A stretch of DNA of 59,342 bases, the filler included, from Bradymonadales bacterium (lineage in GTDB: Bacteria; Bdellovibrionota; UBA2394), in assembly GCA_007693605.1 (NCBI GenBank). It is 6 parts of 6 records of this genome, joined end to end, with 100 filler letters (N's around TTAATTAATTAA, not from the genome) between each part and the next. Parts side by side here need not be neighbours in the genome. Positions count along the whole stretch, not along the records: positions 17,425 to 34,268 come from REDG01000065.1; positions 34,369 to 37,941 come from REDG01000071.1; 4 more parts are not named here. One strand, 5' to 3'. The first letter of the stretch is position 1. Each line of letters starts with the position of its first letter. The notes under the pieces are model-generated. The model worked only from the letters and a program-made list of their open reading frames with translations, did not search any database and was not told the origin of the DNA. Both the position numbers and the translations under genes were made by a program. Positions 26,794-36,674 of this stretch are shown here, piece by piece.

Positions 26794-27477
26794 TCAACTG
26801 GCGGCTGAGTTTTTCTCCTGAGCTGCCTTCCATTCTTGGATGATTTTAACAGATTGAGAGCAGCCAAGCCGATTGGCTCCTGCCGCAACCAGTGCCGCAG
26901 CGGTTTCGTAGTCTTGAACTCCTCCACTGGCCTTGATTTGAATCATCTTTCCAATGCTTTCTCTGATCAATTCAATGGTCGAAACTTCCGCCCCCCGACT
27001 TCCAAAGCCCGTGGAGGTTTTAATAAAAAGCCCGCCCGCTCTCACAATAATCTCTGAGGCGCGTTTGATCTCTCCCGGAGAGAGTAGGCTGGTTTCCAAG
27101 ATCACCTTGACAGGGCAGGGCCTGGCCGCCTGAATCACCGCCTCAATATCTTCCTGCAAACTCAAGTCTCGTCCGTCTTTCAAGAAGCCGATATTCATGA
27201 CCATATCGATTTCGTGAACCCCCATCTCGACCAGCTGTCGAGCTTCGTAGGCTTTGACTTCCGTCAAGCTATTGCCCAGCGGAAAGCCGACCACCGAGCA
27301 AATTCGAACCCGAGAGTTTCCTAAAGCCTCTCTGGCCTCGCGAACGCGGCAAGGTGGAACGCAGACAGAAAAAAAATGATGTTCTTGCGCCTCTTTGAAA
27401 ACTTGTTCGAAGTCTTTCTCCGTGGCGTCTGCTTTTAACAGAGTGTGGTCGATGATTTGATTAAGATTTTCAATCAT
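26794..27477 (-). CDS. deoC: Deoxyribose-phosphate aldolase
   Basis: IDHTLLK, VGFPLG, EIDMV, KVILET, KTSTGF, KASGG. Confidence 0.96.
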   Translation of the reverse strand: MIENLNQIIDHTLLKADATEKDFEQVFKEAQEHHFFSVCVPPCRVREAREALGNSRVRICSVVGFPLGNSLTEVKAYEARQLVEMGVHEIDMVMNIGFLKDGRDLSLQEDIEAVIQAARPCPVKVILETSLLSPGEIKRASEIIVRAGGLFIKTSTGFGSRGAEVSTIELIRESIGKMIQIKASGGVQDYETAAALVAAGANRLGCSQSVKIIQEWKAAQEKNSAAS

Positions 27478-27577
27478 TGGCCGCCTCAGGCTCCTCCAAG
27501 CAGAGCTTTCGATCAAGTCTTTTCATAGGGCTATTCGCGGGCTTATCAGGGGCCTTCAAATTTCTCTTTAGGAAATC

Positions 27578-30500
27578 ATGGCTTTGAGTCAGATTGGTCG
27601 AATGCTGCCCCTCAGATTGCATACGGATTTCTCACTGCTCCGTTCGATGATCCCGGTGGAGAGCTGTGTTCGCGCGTTGAAAGAGGGGGGCTATAGCGCC
27701 GGGGCCATCACTGATTTTGACTGCGGCTTTGGTTGGGCCGACTTTTTCTTTAAAATGAAGTCAGCGGGCCTGAAGCCCATTCTTGGCACTCAACTTCAGA
27801 TTCCCTTGCTTGAAAACTCTAAAACCCGGGGGCCGGTTAGTTTTTTGATCTTGAATCATCAAGGCTATCGCAACCTTTCAAAAATTTTGACCTCTTATTC
27901 GATGGGCAGCCTGAGCTTGCAGAGACTAATCGACTGGCAAGAGGGTTTGGTTTTGATGCTTTCGCCGCAGCACCCTCAACTCCTGGAAGAGAAGTCCTTT
28001 GTGAAGAGTTGGCAGCCCGAGAACGCCTTTCTCGAGATACACAAACTGCCACGATCCCTCAATCCAGACTTGAGTCGAAAGGCTTCTCGTGAGCTTGGCC
28101 TCAGCCTAGTGGCCACTCAAGCTTTTTTCTATTTGAAGCCCGAAGATCATTTTGCGCATGAGGTGCTCATGAGTATCGGTCAGGCGACAAGCATCCACGA
28201 CGACAGTCGTCCGAAGCTCGACTCCCATGAATACTATTTTCGATCGAAAGCAGAGATGGAAGACTTGTTCGCCGACGAGCCCGAAGCAATGGCCGCCACC
28301 CAATGGATTGCAGATCGAGTAGACTTTCAGTTTCAGACGGGCAACTTTTACTTGCCTCAATACGCGAAAGATGAGTCTGTTGATGAGCTCTTTGCTCGCA
28401 ACTGTCAAGAGGGACTGAATGAGAGATTGGAGCTGGTTCGGCTTCAGACCAAGAATCAAAACTGGCAAGAAGTTGAGAGAACTTATCGGGCCAGGCTCGA
28501 TGAAGAAATTCAGATTATCCAGGAGATGAAGTTTCCCGGCTATTTCTTAATTGTTGCGGACTTCATTCAGTGGAGCAAAAACAACGGCATACCGGTAGGC
28601 CCTGGTCGGGGTTCCGGCGCCGGAAGTCTGGCCGCTTACTGTTTAAAGATTACAGATATTGATCCGATTCGTTACAACCTCCTTTTTGAGCGCTTTCTGA
28701 ATCCAGAGCGGGTCAGTATGCCTGACTTTGATGTGGATTTTTGCATTAAAGGTCGAGATCGCGTGATTCAGTATGTTCGCGATAAATACAATTTGAAGTC
28801 AGAGGCCCCACCAGAAGATCGGCTATTGGTTTCTCAAATCATTACCTACGGAAAGATGAAATCAAAAGCCGTGATTCGAGATGTGGGTCGAGCCCTGGGA
28901 ATGCCCTACCAAGATGTCGACGCCATTGCTCGGCTGGTGCCCCCCGTGCTCAACATCAACTTAGAAGAGGCCTATCAGCAAGAGCCAGAGTTTGAAAAAC
29001 TGCGAGAGCGAGACCCTAAAGCCGATCAACTTTTACAGATCGCAGAGAAGCTCGAGGGAATGAATCGTCACACCAGTGTTCATGCGGCCGGAGTGGTCAT
29101 TGCCGACAAAGTTTTAACGAGTTATTTGCCCCTTCTGCGGGTGTCTGAATCAGAGATTGTTTGCCAGTTTGAGATGAAGGCGGTTGAGAAGATCGGGCTC
29201 GTCAAATTCGATTTTTTGGGTTTACGAAACCTGACGGTGATTCAGGAGTGTCTTCGCCTCGTCGACAAAGATATTGATCTGTTGAAAATCGACTACAACG
29301 ATCCCAAAGTGATGGCCGAAATTTCGACAGGCGAGACCACAGGCATTTTTCAGTTAGAGTCTTCGGGCATGAGAGATGTGATTCGAAGACTTCAGCCGAG
29401 CGTTTTTGAAGATCTCATTGCGATCGTCGCTCTCTATCGTCCAGGCCCGCTCGAAGGGGGGATGGTGGATGATTTCATTTTAAGAAAGCGAGGTCAAAAG
29501 CCGGTCACTTATCCCGTTCCTCAGCTCGAGGAGATCTTAAAAGAGACCTACGGTGTTTTCGTTTACCAGGAGCAAGTGATGGGGACGGCCAATCTGATGG
29601 CTGGCTTTAGCTTAGGAGAAGCAGATCTTTTGCGAAGAGCCATGGGCAAGAAGATTGCTGAAGAAATGGCGAAGCAGCGAGAGAAGTTCGTTGAGGGGGC
29701 GGTAAAGAAGTCTTACGATCGGGCGCTCGCCCAAAAGGTTTTTGACTTGATGTCTGAGTTTGCAAAATATGGCTTCAACAAGTCTCATGCGGCGGCCTAT
29801 GCAATGATCACATTCCAAACGGCCTACCTGAAGACCTACTATCCAGAGGCATTTTATGCCGCTCTGCTGTCTTCAGAATCTGATGACATTGAAAAGATTG
29901 GGGCGATCATTCGAGTGGCGCAGCGAAGAGCTTGTGAAGTGAAGCCGCCCCATGTGAATTTTTCTAGAGAGATATTTTCGATTGATCGATCTTCTGAAAG
30001 GCCTTTCGTGCGCTTCGGCTTGGCGGCCATTAAGAATTTGGGCGAGAATGTCGCTAAGGCCATTGTCGAAGAGAGAGACAATAGAGGTCCCTTTAAGGAT
30101 TATTCAGACTTTTTTCACCGAATGCCCAGTCAATTGATCAATCGAAGGCAGGCTGAGTGCTTGATTCGATCGGGCGCACTTGATTCGTTGGGGCTCAATC
30201 GCGCCAGTTTGTTAGCCTCCCTAGAGAGTCTTCATGGCTTCTCTCAGGCGACAGAAAGAGCGCGACAAACCGGGCAGGTGTCTTTGTTTAAGTCAAAGCC
30301 AAGAGTGAAAGAGGTAGAGGAGTGGAACGAGCGCATTCGTTTGAATGACGAAAAACATCTTTTGGGGACCTATACCAGCGGACACCCTCTCAACGCCTAT
30401 GCTACGGTGTTAAGTAGTTATCGGAGCAAGTCCATTCAGCAGATTTTGCAGTCTCCAGCGCCAAAGCGAGAGGTTGAAGTTCTCGTGGTCGGGCTGATCA

Positions 30501-30976
30501 CCAACAAGAAAGAAATCATGACCAAGAAGGGCCATAAAATGGCCTTCATTCGACTTGAGGATATGGACGCCGAAATCGAATGCGTGATTTTTTCCGATCT
30601 TTATCAAAAAAAATCGGACTTGATTGTGAACGATCGGCTGGTCACTTTGAGGGGGCAGGTGGTGAAGGAAGAGGGCGTGACTCGACTTTTGGCGAGAGAA
30701 ATTTCAGACCTGTCTGTTGGGAACTTTTCAGAGCTGCATCTGGAGGCCAGCAAAGATGCGATCAAACAGAATCTCGAGGACTTTCGAGCTTTGGCGCAGA
30801 AGTATCCGGGAGATCTTAGTGTAAAGCTGCGCGTGCCGATGACGAACAATATCGATGGTCTAGATTTGAAGAGTTCGGCAGTGATGATTTCGACGGGCCT
30901 GCAGGTCCAAAGTCATCCGGAGTTGATCAACTGGATTCAGCATAAGTTTGGAAAGGCTTCGGTATCGCTCCACTAA
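27578..30976 (+). CDS. dnaE: DNA polymerase III alpha subunit
   Basis: GPGRGSGAGS, FERFLNPER.SMPDFD.DF, KFDFLGL, FNKSH, C-terminal OB fold. Confidence 0.98.
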   Translation: MALSQIGRMLPLRLHTDFSLLRSMIPVESCVRALKEGGYSAGAITDFDCGFGWADFFFKMKSAGLKPILGTQLQIPLLENSKTRGPVSFLILNHQGYRNLSKILTSYSMGSLSLQRLIDWQEGLVLMLSPQHPQLLEEKSFVKSWQPENAFLEIHKLPRSLNPDLSRKASRELGLSLVATQAFFYLKPEDHFAHEVLMSIGQATSIHDDSRPKLDSHEYYFRSKAEMEDLFADEPEAMAATQWIADRVDFQFQTGNFYLPQYAKDESVDELFARNCQEGLNERLELVRLQTKNQNWQEVERTYRARLDEEIQIIQEMKFPGYFLIVADFIQWSKNNGIPVGPGRGSGAGSLAAYCLKITDIDPIRYNLLFERFLNPERVSMPDFDVDFCIKGRDRVIQYVRDKYNLKSEAPPEDRLLVSQIITYGKMKSKAVIRDVGRALGMPYQDVDAIARLVPPVLNINLEEAYQQEPEFEKLRERDPKADQLLQIAEKLEGMNRHTSVHAAGVVIADKVLTSYLPLLRVSESEIVCQFEMKAVEKIGLVKFDFLGLRNLTVIQECLRLVDKDIDLLKIDYNDPKVMAEISTGETTGIFQLESSGMRDVIRRLQPSVFEDLIAIVALYRPGPLEGGMVDDFILRKRGQKPVTYPVPQLEEILKETYGVFVYQEQVMGTANLMAGFSLGEADLLRRAMGKKIAEEMAKQREKFVEGAVKKSYDRALAQKVFDLMSEFAKYGFNKSHAAAYAMITFQTAYLKTYYPEAFYAALLSSESDDIEKIGAIIRVAQRRACEVKPPHVNFSREIFSIDRSSERPFVRFGLAAIKNLGENVAKAIVEERDNRGPFKDYSDFFHRMPSQLINRRQAECLIRSGALDSLGLNRASLLASLESLHGFSQATERARQTGQVSLFKSKPRVKEVEEWNERIRLNDEKHLLGTYTSGHPLNAYATVLSSYRSKSIQQILQSPAPKREVEVLVVGLITNKKEIMTKKGHKMAFIRLEDMDAEIECVIFSDLYQKKSDLIVNDRLVTLRGQVVKEEGVTRLLAREISDLSVGNFSELHLEASKDAIKQNLEDFRALAQKYPGDLSVKLRVPMTNNIDGLDLKSSAVMISTGLQVQSHPELINWIQHKFGKASVSLH

Positions 30977-32274
30977 TTGAGACATCGCAGTTAGAGGAAA
31001 GAACTCTTCTGGTCGGAAGCTATTTTGCCGGGCGCAAGAGGCCTCTTCGGTCCTTGGAACCCGCAGTGGAAGATACTTTGGCGGAGCTTCAGCAGCTGGC
31101 CTTGAGTGCAGGTGCGAAGGTGATAGGGCAAGTGATCTGTCGGCTCGAACGAATCAATCCGAAGAGTTTTATTAACAAGGGGAAAATGGAAGAGATCGCT
31201 CAGACGATCTCAGTTTCAAACATTAACCTAGTGATTTTTGATGATGAGCTCTCTCCTAGTCAGAACAAGAGTCTGGAACAAGCCTTATGTGTAAGGGTGA
31301 TCGATCGAAGGGCTCTCATTCTTGACATTTTTGCGAAACGGGCTCGTTCCTCTGAGGGAAAGATTCAGGTGGAGCTGGCGCAGCTCATGTATATTTTACC
31401 TCGCCTCACTCGAATGTGGACGCACTTAGAGAGGCAGAAAGGGGGGATCGGGCTTAAGGGGCCCGGAGAAACGCAGTTGGAACTGGATCGAAGAATGATT
31501 CGAGAAAAAATGCGTCGTCTCAAGACTGATCTGAAGCGAATTGAAAACACTCGTCGATTGCAACGAGATCAGAGGCGAAAAAATGCCGTTCCTCAGATCG
31601 TGCTTGTGGGCTACACGAATTCTGGGAAGTCCACCTTATTTAACCGCTTAACTTCTTCAGAGGTCGTGGCAGCCGATCAGCTGTTTGCAACACTCGACCC
31701 AACAACCCGCCGAGTGAAGTTCGAAGATAGGGTAGAGATGGTGTTAACAGACTCGGTGGGTTTCATTCGAAAGCTGCCTCACGAGTTGATTGAGGCTTTT
31801 AAGTCCACCCTAGAAGAAGCCATGACGGCAGACCTTTTGCTTCATGTGATTGATTGTTCCGACCCCCTTTGGGAGAGTCATAAGCGAGCGACAGAAGAGG
31901 TTTTGGCTGAGTTGGGCTGTCTTGAGAAAAACATTCTAGAGGTCTATAACAAGATTGATCGGTTGTCTGAGGGTCAGCTGACTTTGGCCCAGTCCACTCG
32001 TCGAGTTTTCGTGTCTGCTCGTGAGGGGAGAAATTTGAGCGTTCTTGTTCAGAAGATTCTTTCGATCTTGAGTGAGGGGCGAAGAGTGATCCGGTTGATG
32101 CTTCCACAGGGACGAGGAGATCTCTTGGCTTTAGTACATCGAGAAGGTAAGATCTTAGAGCAAGAATTTGAAGCTGACTTCGTGAGTATGACAGCAGAAC
32201 TTCCAATTCAGAGGGTAGAGCAATGGAAAAAACAAGGCTTTGTAGTGGTCGACGATTTTCAGTCTGGCTTTTAG
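30976..32274 (+). CDS. hflX: Ribosome-splitting GTPase HflX (start probably upstream of TTG 31054)
   Basis: GPGETQLE.DRR, GYTNSGKSTL, LFATLDPT, DSVGFI, NKID; in-frame ERTLLVG upstream of 31054. Confidence 0.93.
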   Translation: METSQLEERTLLVGSYFAGRKRPLRSLEPAVEDTLAELQQLALSAGAKVIGQVICRLERINPKSFINKGKMEEIAQTISVSNINLVIFDDELSPSQNKSLEQALCVRVIDRRALILDIFAKRARSSEGKIQVELAQLMYILPRLTRMWTHLERQKGGIGLKGPGETQLELDRRMIREKMRRLKTDLKRIENTRRLQRDQRRKNAVPQIVLVGYTNSGKSTLFNRLTSSEVVAADQLFATLDPTTRRVKFEDRVEMVLTDSVGFIRKLPHELIEAFKSTLEEAMTADLLLHVIDCSDPLWESHKRATEEVLAELGCLEKNILEVYNKIDRLSEGQLTLAQSTRRVFVSAREGRNLSVLVQKILSILSEGRRVIRLMLPQGRGDLLALVHREGKILEQEFEADFVSMTAELPIQRVEQWKKQGFVVVDDFQSGF

Positions 32275-32873
32275 CTTTCGGTTTGAGCATGGGTTTTTCT
32301 GCCGGACTTTTGGCCGAAGAAGACGAAGTGGTGGTGCAGGTTGAGGTTCGGATAGAGCGAGGGGATCGAGCTGGAGCACTCAATCGAGCGAGAGAGAAAG
32401 CTTTTGAAAAAGCTCTCGATCAATCACTTCCCGCGAGTATGAGTGCCGAAGAACGAGCAAGGCGCTTGCGAAGAGCTTCTCGATACATCGAGAGCTTTCG
32501 TTTGGTGTCTCAGTCAGAAGAGGCGGGTGTTCTGAGGGCAGAGTTTGCCTGTCAAGTCATCGTCCAGACAGAAGAATCAGTCGCTCAGTTGGATCGAATT
32601 CAAGATCGTTTGGCAAACTTTGTGATTGAGTTTTCATGGGTAGAGCCTAGTCGAAGCGCTTCGATCGAGGAGGTGCGAGCCGCTCTTGAAGGCTTTCGTT
32701 CGACAAAGGTGGTGATGATTCGTATGCGAGATGGAGCGTGGTGGGCCGAACTGTCGAGCGCACTTGAGCCTTCTCGAGTGTTCCGATCTTTAGCAGCTAA
32801 GTTTAGGGGTCGAGCTCAGCTTCGATTGGTCGAAGATCCTCGCGAGTTGTGGGGAGTTGAAGGCTCGTTTTAG
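32223..32873 (+). CDS. Exported hypothetical protein
   Basis: Signal-like hydrophobic stretch, then A...AREKAFEKAL motif. Confidence 0.6.
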   Translation: MEKTRLCSGRRFSVWLLAFGLSMGFSAGLLAEEDEVVVQVEVRIERGDRAGALNRAREKAFEKALDQSLPASMSAEERARRLRRASRYIESFRLVSQSEEAGVLRAEFACQVIVQTEESVAQLDRIQDRLANFVIEFSWVEPSRSASIEEVRAALEGFRSTKVVMIRMRDGAWWAELSSALEPSRVFRSLAAKFRGRAQLRLVEDPRELWGVEGSF

Positions 32874-32876
32874 GCC

Positions 32877-34001
32877 ATGGTTTCAGACGCCTCAAAGAGC
32901 GAGATGGCTTTATCTTCTAAGAATCTAAAAAAGATAAAGCTGGTTGTATCCGATTTTCATTTAGGAACAGGGCATCGAGCTGAAGACGGCTCAGTGAATA
33001 TCTTGGAAGACTTCTTTTATGATAGGGAGTTCATTGAGTTTCTGCAGTACTATTCATCCGGCGACTTCGAGAACGCCGAGGTTGAGTTGATCATAAACGG
33101 TGATTTTTTTAATCTCTTAATGATCGATTACGACGAGGTCTTTCAAGATGTCATTACAGAGCAAGTGGCCTTAAGAAGAATGAAGCGAATCATGGATGGT
33201 CACCTTGCTGTGATGAACGCTCTCAAATACTTTCACAGCTTGGAGCGAAAGAGAGTGACTTTTGTGATGGGAAATCATGATCCTGGCATTTTGTTTCCGA
33301 GCGTTCAAAATTTGGTTCGTTCTTTTGTTGGAGATTCGGTTTGCTTCTATCTGGACGCCTATGAGTTCGATGGCATCTACATTGAGCATGGTAATCAGTA
33401 CGAGATTGCGAATGCATTTAACCCCAACCAATTCTTTTTAACTAAGTCTTTGCCCGAGCCGGTATTGAATCAACCCTGGGGCAGCCTGTTTTTGGTGGAA
33501 GTGATTAACGAGATTAAGAGAGACCGACCGCATTTTGATAAGATCTTGCCATTTTCGATCTATCTAAGATGGCTGCTCATCTATGATTCGAGATTGTTTG
33601 TTAGAACTTGTTGGGAGATTCTTAAGTTCTTGGCTAAGTCGATGTTTCGGCAGGATCCTCGGCGGAGCACCAGCTTTACTCAGACGCTCCGCATCCTTCT
33701 TGAGGCGCCTGTTTTTCCTGATCTCGATGACGCGGCGGAGCGGATTCTTTCGACCAGGGAAAACATTCACACAGTCATTTTTGGTCACAACCATCGACCC
33801 ACCTACCGACAGTTTGCTTCTGGTAAGGAGTACATCAATACAGGCACCTGGAACGAGATGACCCACCTAGATGTGGACCGCTTTGGCACAAGGCTCGTCT
33901 GTAGCTTCGCCTTGATCGAGTACTTTGACGACCGAGTGCAAAGCTCTCTCAAGGTTTGGAAGGGTTTTCAGCATCTGCATAGGGAGACCGATGTCGCCTG
34001 A
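32877..34001 (+). CDS. Calcineurin-like metallophosphoesterase
   Basis: SDFHLG, NGDFF, GNHD, EHG, FGHNH, NTGTW. Confidence 0.9.
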   Translation: MVSDASKSEMALSSKNLKKIKLVVSDFHLGTGHRAEDGSVNILEDFFYDREFIEFLQYYSSGDFENAEVELIINGDFFNLLMIDYDEVFQDVITEQVALRRMKRIMDGHLAVMNALKYFHSLERKRVTFVMGNHDPGILFPSVQNLVRSFVGDSVCFYLDAYEFDGIYIEHGNQYEIANAFNPNQFFLTKSLPEPVLNQPWGSLFLVEVINEIKRDRPHFDKILPFSIYLRWLLIYDSRLFVRTCWEILKFLAKSMFRQDPRRSTSFTQTLRILLEAPVFPDLDDAAERILSTRENIHTVIFGHNHRPTYRQFASGKEYINTGTWNEMTHLDVDRFGTRLVCSFALIEYFDDRVQSSLKVWKGFQHLHRETDVA

Positions 34002-34005
34002 CGCG

Positions 34006-34268
34006 GGGGAGTGGCGCTAAGGGCCCATCTGCCCCTACACTCTGGTCGACCTTCGGTCGACATGGTTTGAGGATGGCTGCAACCCTCCTTTCCCGCGTTG
34101 CAGTGTCGGCTGCGTCGCTGCGCTGCTCAAGTAGCATCAAAACTACATTCCGCTGCTCGCTCCTTGCCTTCTCGCATCTGGACCCTTATCGCCACTCCCC
34201 ATGAAGCGCTAAAGGCCCATCTGCCCCTACACTCTGGTCGACCTTCGGTCGACATGGTTTGAGGATGG
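34006..34268 (+). repeat. ~195-bp MITE/REP-like element with 26-bp imperfect TIRs, plus a truncated tandem copy
   Basis: GGGGAGTGGCGCTAAGGGCCCATCTG ... CATCTGGACCCTTATCGCCACTCCCC; relatives at 43369, 45375 and 53079. Confidence 0.85.
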
Positions 34269-34368
34269 NNNNNNNNNNNNNNNNNNNNNNNNNNNNNNNN
34301 NNNNNNNNNNNNTTAATTAATTAANNNNNNNNNNNNNNNNNNNNNNNNNNNNNNNNNNNNNNNNNNNN
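34269..34368. other. Artificial contig linker
   Basis: N44-TTAATTAATTAA-N44. Confidence 0.99.
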
Positions 34369-34435
34369 CGATCCGAGCTCAAAAGCTAAGTGACTTCGAC
34401 TCCAGTTTCCCGACCGCACTCCACCAAACTGTTTC

Positions 34436-34654
34436 TCAACCTTGACTCGCAATAAAAAAAAGTTCGTCCCAGTCGTCATTGGAAGTGATTTTGTGAAGGT
34501 TCAAATGATCACATGACTTGGGAAAATCGAGACCTTGCAATGGGAGCCATAAAGCGCTGTAAGATATTGGATCTCTATGTGAATTTGGATTGAGGGCTTG
34601 CTCCGTATCCCAGAAATACTGTTTGAAGGTTTCAGGGCTGCTATTGAGGCTCAT
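34436..34654 (-). pseudogene. Possible DUF6922-like (FWD motif) antitoxin remnant
   Basis: FKQYFWD near the N-terminus; remainder degenerate. Confidence 0.3.
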
Positions 34655-34763
34655 TGCAATACTGATTATGACTTAGGGCGTATTGAGATGCCAAGGGTCA
34701 GCTCAAGCCACACGCTGCTCAAAACACCAGGTTCGATATTCGTCCACTCGGCCCTGCCATTTG

Positions 34764-34955
34764 CTACTTCCGCCGCGGAAGTAAATTGATGGACTCCCAT
34801 TTTTTGCGAGCTGCGGGATCGTTCTTCCAAATTTCAAACATCCATGCTCGATGACCATCAAGCCATTCGATGATCTGTTCGTGATTGAGTTTTGGGGTTG
34901 TTCCCCAGTACTCAGTCTTCGGTTGATTTTTCGAGTTGTCGGATGTCGAACTCAT
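34764..34955 (-). CDS. Small partner protein of the nucleotidyltransferase
   Basis: Overlaps the NTase 3' end; LNHEQIIEWL helix. Confidence 0.55.
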   Translation of the reverse strand: MSSTSDNSKNQPKTEYWGTTPKLNHEQIIEWLDGHRAWMFEIWKNDPAARKKWESINLLPRRK

Positions 34956-35400
34956 CTTTCTCTCTTCCAGTACCTTGTTTCATTGCAATAAGGTCAGATT
35001 TACCTACGACTTTTATCTTAAGCCCAAAAGCCTGAATCTCAAAATGCCTACTCCAAAGTTCATCAAACGGCATGGGCTCCCTAGCGAAAACATCAATAAT
35101 TTCAAAAGGGTTGTCTGGCTTAACGAATGAAAAAACCATCATATGCTTTTGAGTGATCCATTCCTCTCTAATTTTGGAATCAGCAAAATCGATCGCTCTG
35201 ACTGGTAGACGAGGAACAAACCCAAGATCCGTCATCAAGCTTACAAATGAAAGTAGATTCTCTGTTTGCAAATGGACAATTAGATCGAGGTCAACCGTTG
35301 CTCGTTGGACTTGATGGAAGTTTACAGCAAAGCCTCCAGCGACAAGATATCGAATTTGTCTTTTCTCTAGCTCTGCGAAGACTTGCTGATACGGGGTCAT
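34912..35400 (-). CDS. Pol-beta-type nucleotidyltransferase (AbiEii/DUF6036-like)
   Basis: YLVAGGFAV..H...RAT.DLDL, LIAMK...GR.KD..D. Confidence 0.85.
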   Translation of the reverse strand: MTPYQQVFAELEKRQIRYLVAGGFAVNFHQVQRATVDLDLIVHLQTENLLSFVSLMTDLGFVPRLPVRAIDFADSKIREEWITQKHMMVFSFVKPDNPFEIIDVFAREPMPFDELWSRHFEIQAFGLKIKVVGKSDLIAMKQGTGREKDEFDIRQLEKSTED

Positions 35401-35613
35401 TTAGTTAAGCTACCCTTTTTACTAAGGAGGCACCAAGCTCGATATTCGCCCACTTGGCCCGCCACATTTTCATCTTACTTCCTCTGCCGGAAAGAGCGGA
35501 TGGACTGAAGTTGTCGATACAAAGTTTTGCGACCGTTGCCTAAACGACAAAATTTTGACTCCGTAGCCCAGCTATTTTGTCCGTGCTAGCCTTGATGCAA
35601 GGGGATCGATTCT

Positions 35614-36123
35614 ATGAAGGCTATGGGTTTGTCGGCAGTGAGTTTGTTTTTCACCATCTTAACCACATCTGAAGCTCAGGCGTTGGAAGAGCGTAATCTA
35701 GGTTCAGTGAACGGAGGGGCCTATGTCTGCGAGGTCAAGGTTCATAACCAAGAGGGAAAGATACTAGATGCGGATAAGAGTAAGTCGATTCGTGTAGAGG
35801 TCTCAGAAGAAAACATGGGTTTTAAAGCTTCAGTTGAGCGAAAGTTTAGCTCCTACGACTTTGATGAGATTGAGTTTGATGGTGAGCTTTCAGTCCTGAT
35901 TGCTCTCGATTCGATCGCAGGGGTGGAGGGTTCCAAATTTTCTGACGATATCAAATCTTTGATACTGTCCATCCACTATTCAGAGGTCGAGGGGTCGACT
36001 TGGGCAGCCCTATCCAATACTAAACTTGGTGGCCATGCCTGGTTGGCCATTCCGTTTGAGGGTACGCATACATCGCTGTTGATGGCGGGCTTAAGCTGCC
36101 ACTTTCACTCATACAACAAATGA
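35614..36123 (+). CDS. Secreted hypothetical protein
   Basis: Signal peptide ending AQA. Confidence 0.7.
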   Translation: MKAMGLSAVSLFFTILTTSEAQALEERNLGSVNGGAYVCEVKVHNQEGKILDADKSKSIRVEVSEENMGFKASVERKFSSYDFDEIEFDGELSVLIALDSIAGVEGSKFSDDIKSLILSIHYSEVEGSTWAALSNTKLGGHAWLAIPFEGTHTSLLMAGLSCHFHSYNK

Positions 36124-36373
36124 AGAAATCTCCGGTTTTTCGAGTGTGATCACTCTTAGCTTAGTCTAAGCCCAATCCCCAGGATCTCTCGGCCTTTAGC
36201 TCGAGTCTGTGAGGGGTGGTGCTGTTTTGGGGTGGGGTCAACTGGCAGTGATTCCAGCTCAATTCCTTGCACACTTCGGGGCAAAGGCCTCTTAGGCGGA
36301 TTTCAAGGCCAAGGCCTAGCAGGCCGCTGTCTGCTCCCAACACCAGGTTCGAGTCCTTTCGGCCCGGGTGTTG

Positions 36374-36401
36374 TTGACATTAGGCATACATTAGGTATAC
36401 T
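36374..36401 (+). promoter_or_regulatory. Sigma70 promoter with tandem operator repeat
   Basis: TTGACA-16-TATACT; ATTAGGCATAC/ATTAGGTATAC tandem. Confidence 0.75.
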
Positions 36402-36407
36402 TAGAAA

Positions 36408-36674
36408 GTGAAGAAGGTCTTTCGCTGGAATCCGGGAAAGGATGCCTGGCTCATTCGGAACCGAGGCATATCCTTTGAGGAAGTGCTAGGGGCTATATCG
36501 ACGGCTCTGCTCGATGTCAGAGTAAACCCCAGCACCAAGCATCCCCAGCAGAAAACCTTCATAGTTAAGATTCATGATTATCCATGGGTGGTGCCGTTTA
36601 AAGAGAACGAAAGAGAGATTGAACTGATTACCGCTTTTCCTGACCGCCGCTTATTTAAGGAGTTTCCGAGATGA
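36408..36674 (+). CDS. BrnT-family toxin
   Basis: F.W...K...L...RGISFEEV, HPQQ, VVPF, LITAFP.R. Confidence 0.85.
   Translation: MKKVFRWNPGKDAWLIRNRGISFEEVLGAISTALLDVRVNPSTKHPQQKTFIVKIHDYPWVVPFKENEREIELITAFPDRRLFKEFPR

Noticed and set aside
34390..34427. tRNA/tmRNA-like 3' end (TTCGACTCC...CTCCACCA)
   Set aside because: Spacing between the T-loop-like motif and CCA is wrong and there is no supporting stem.
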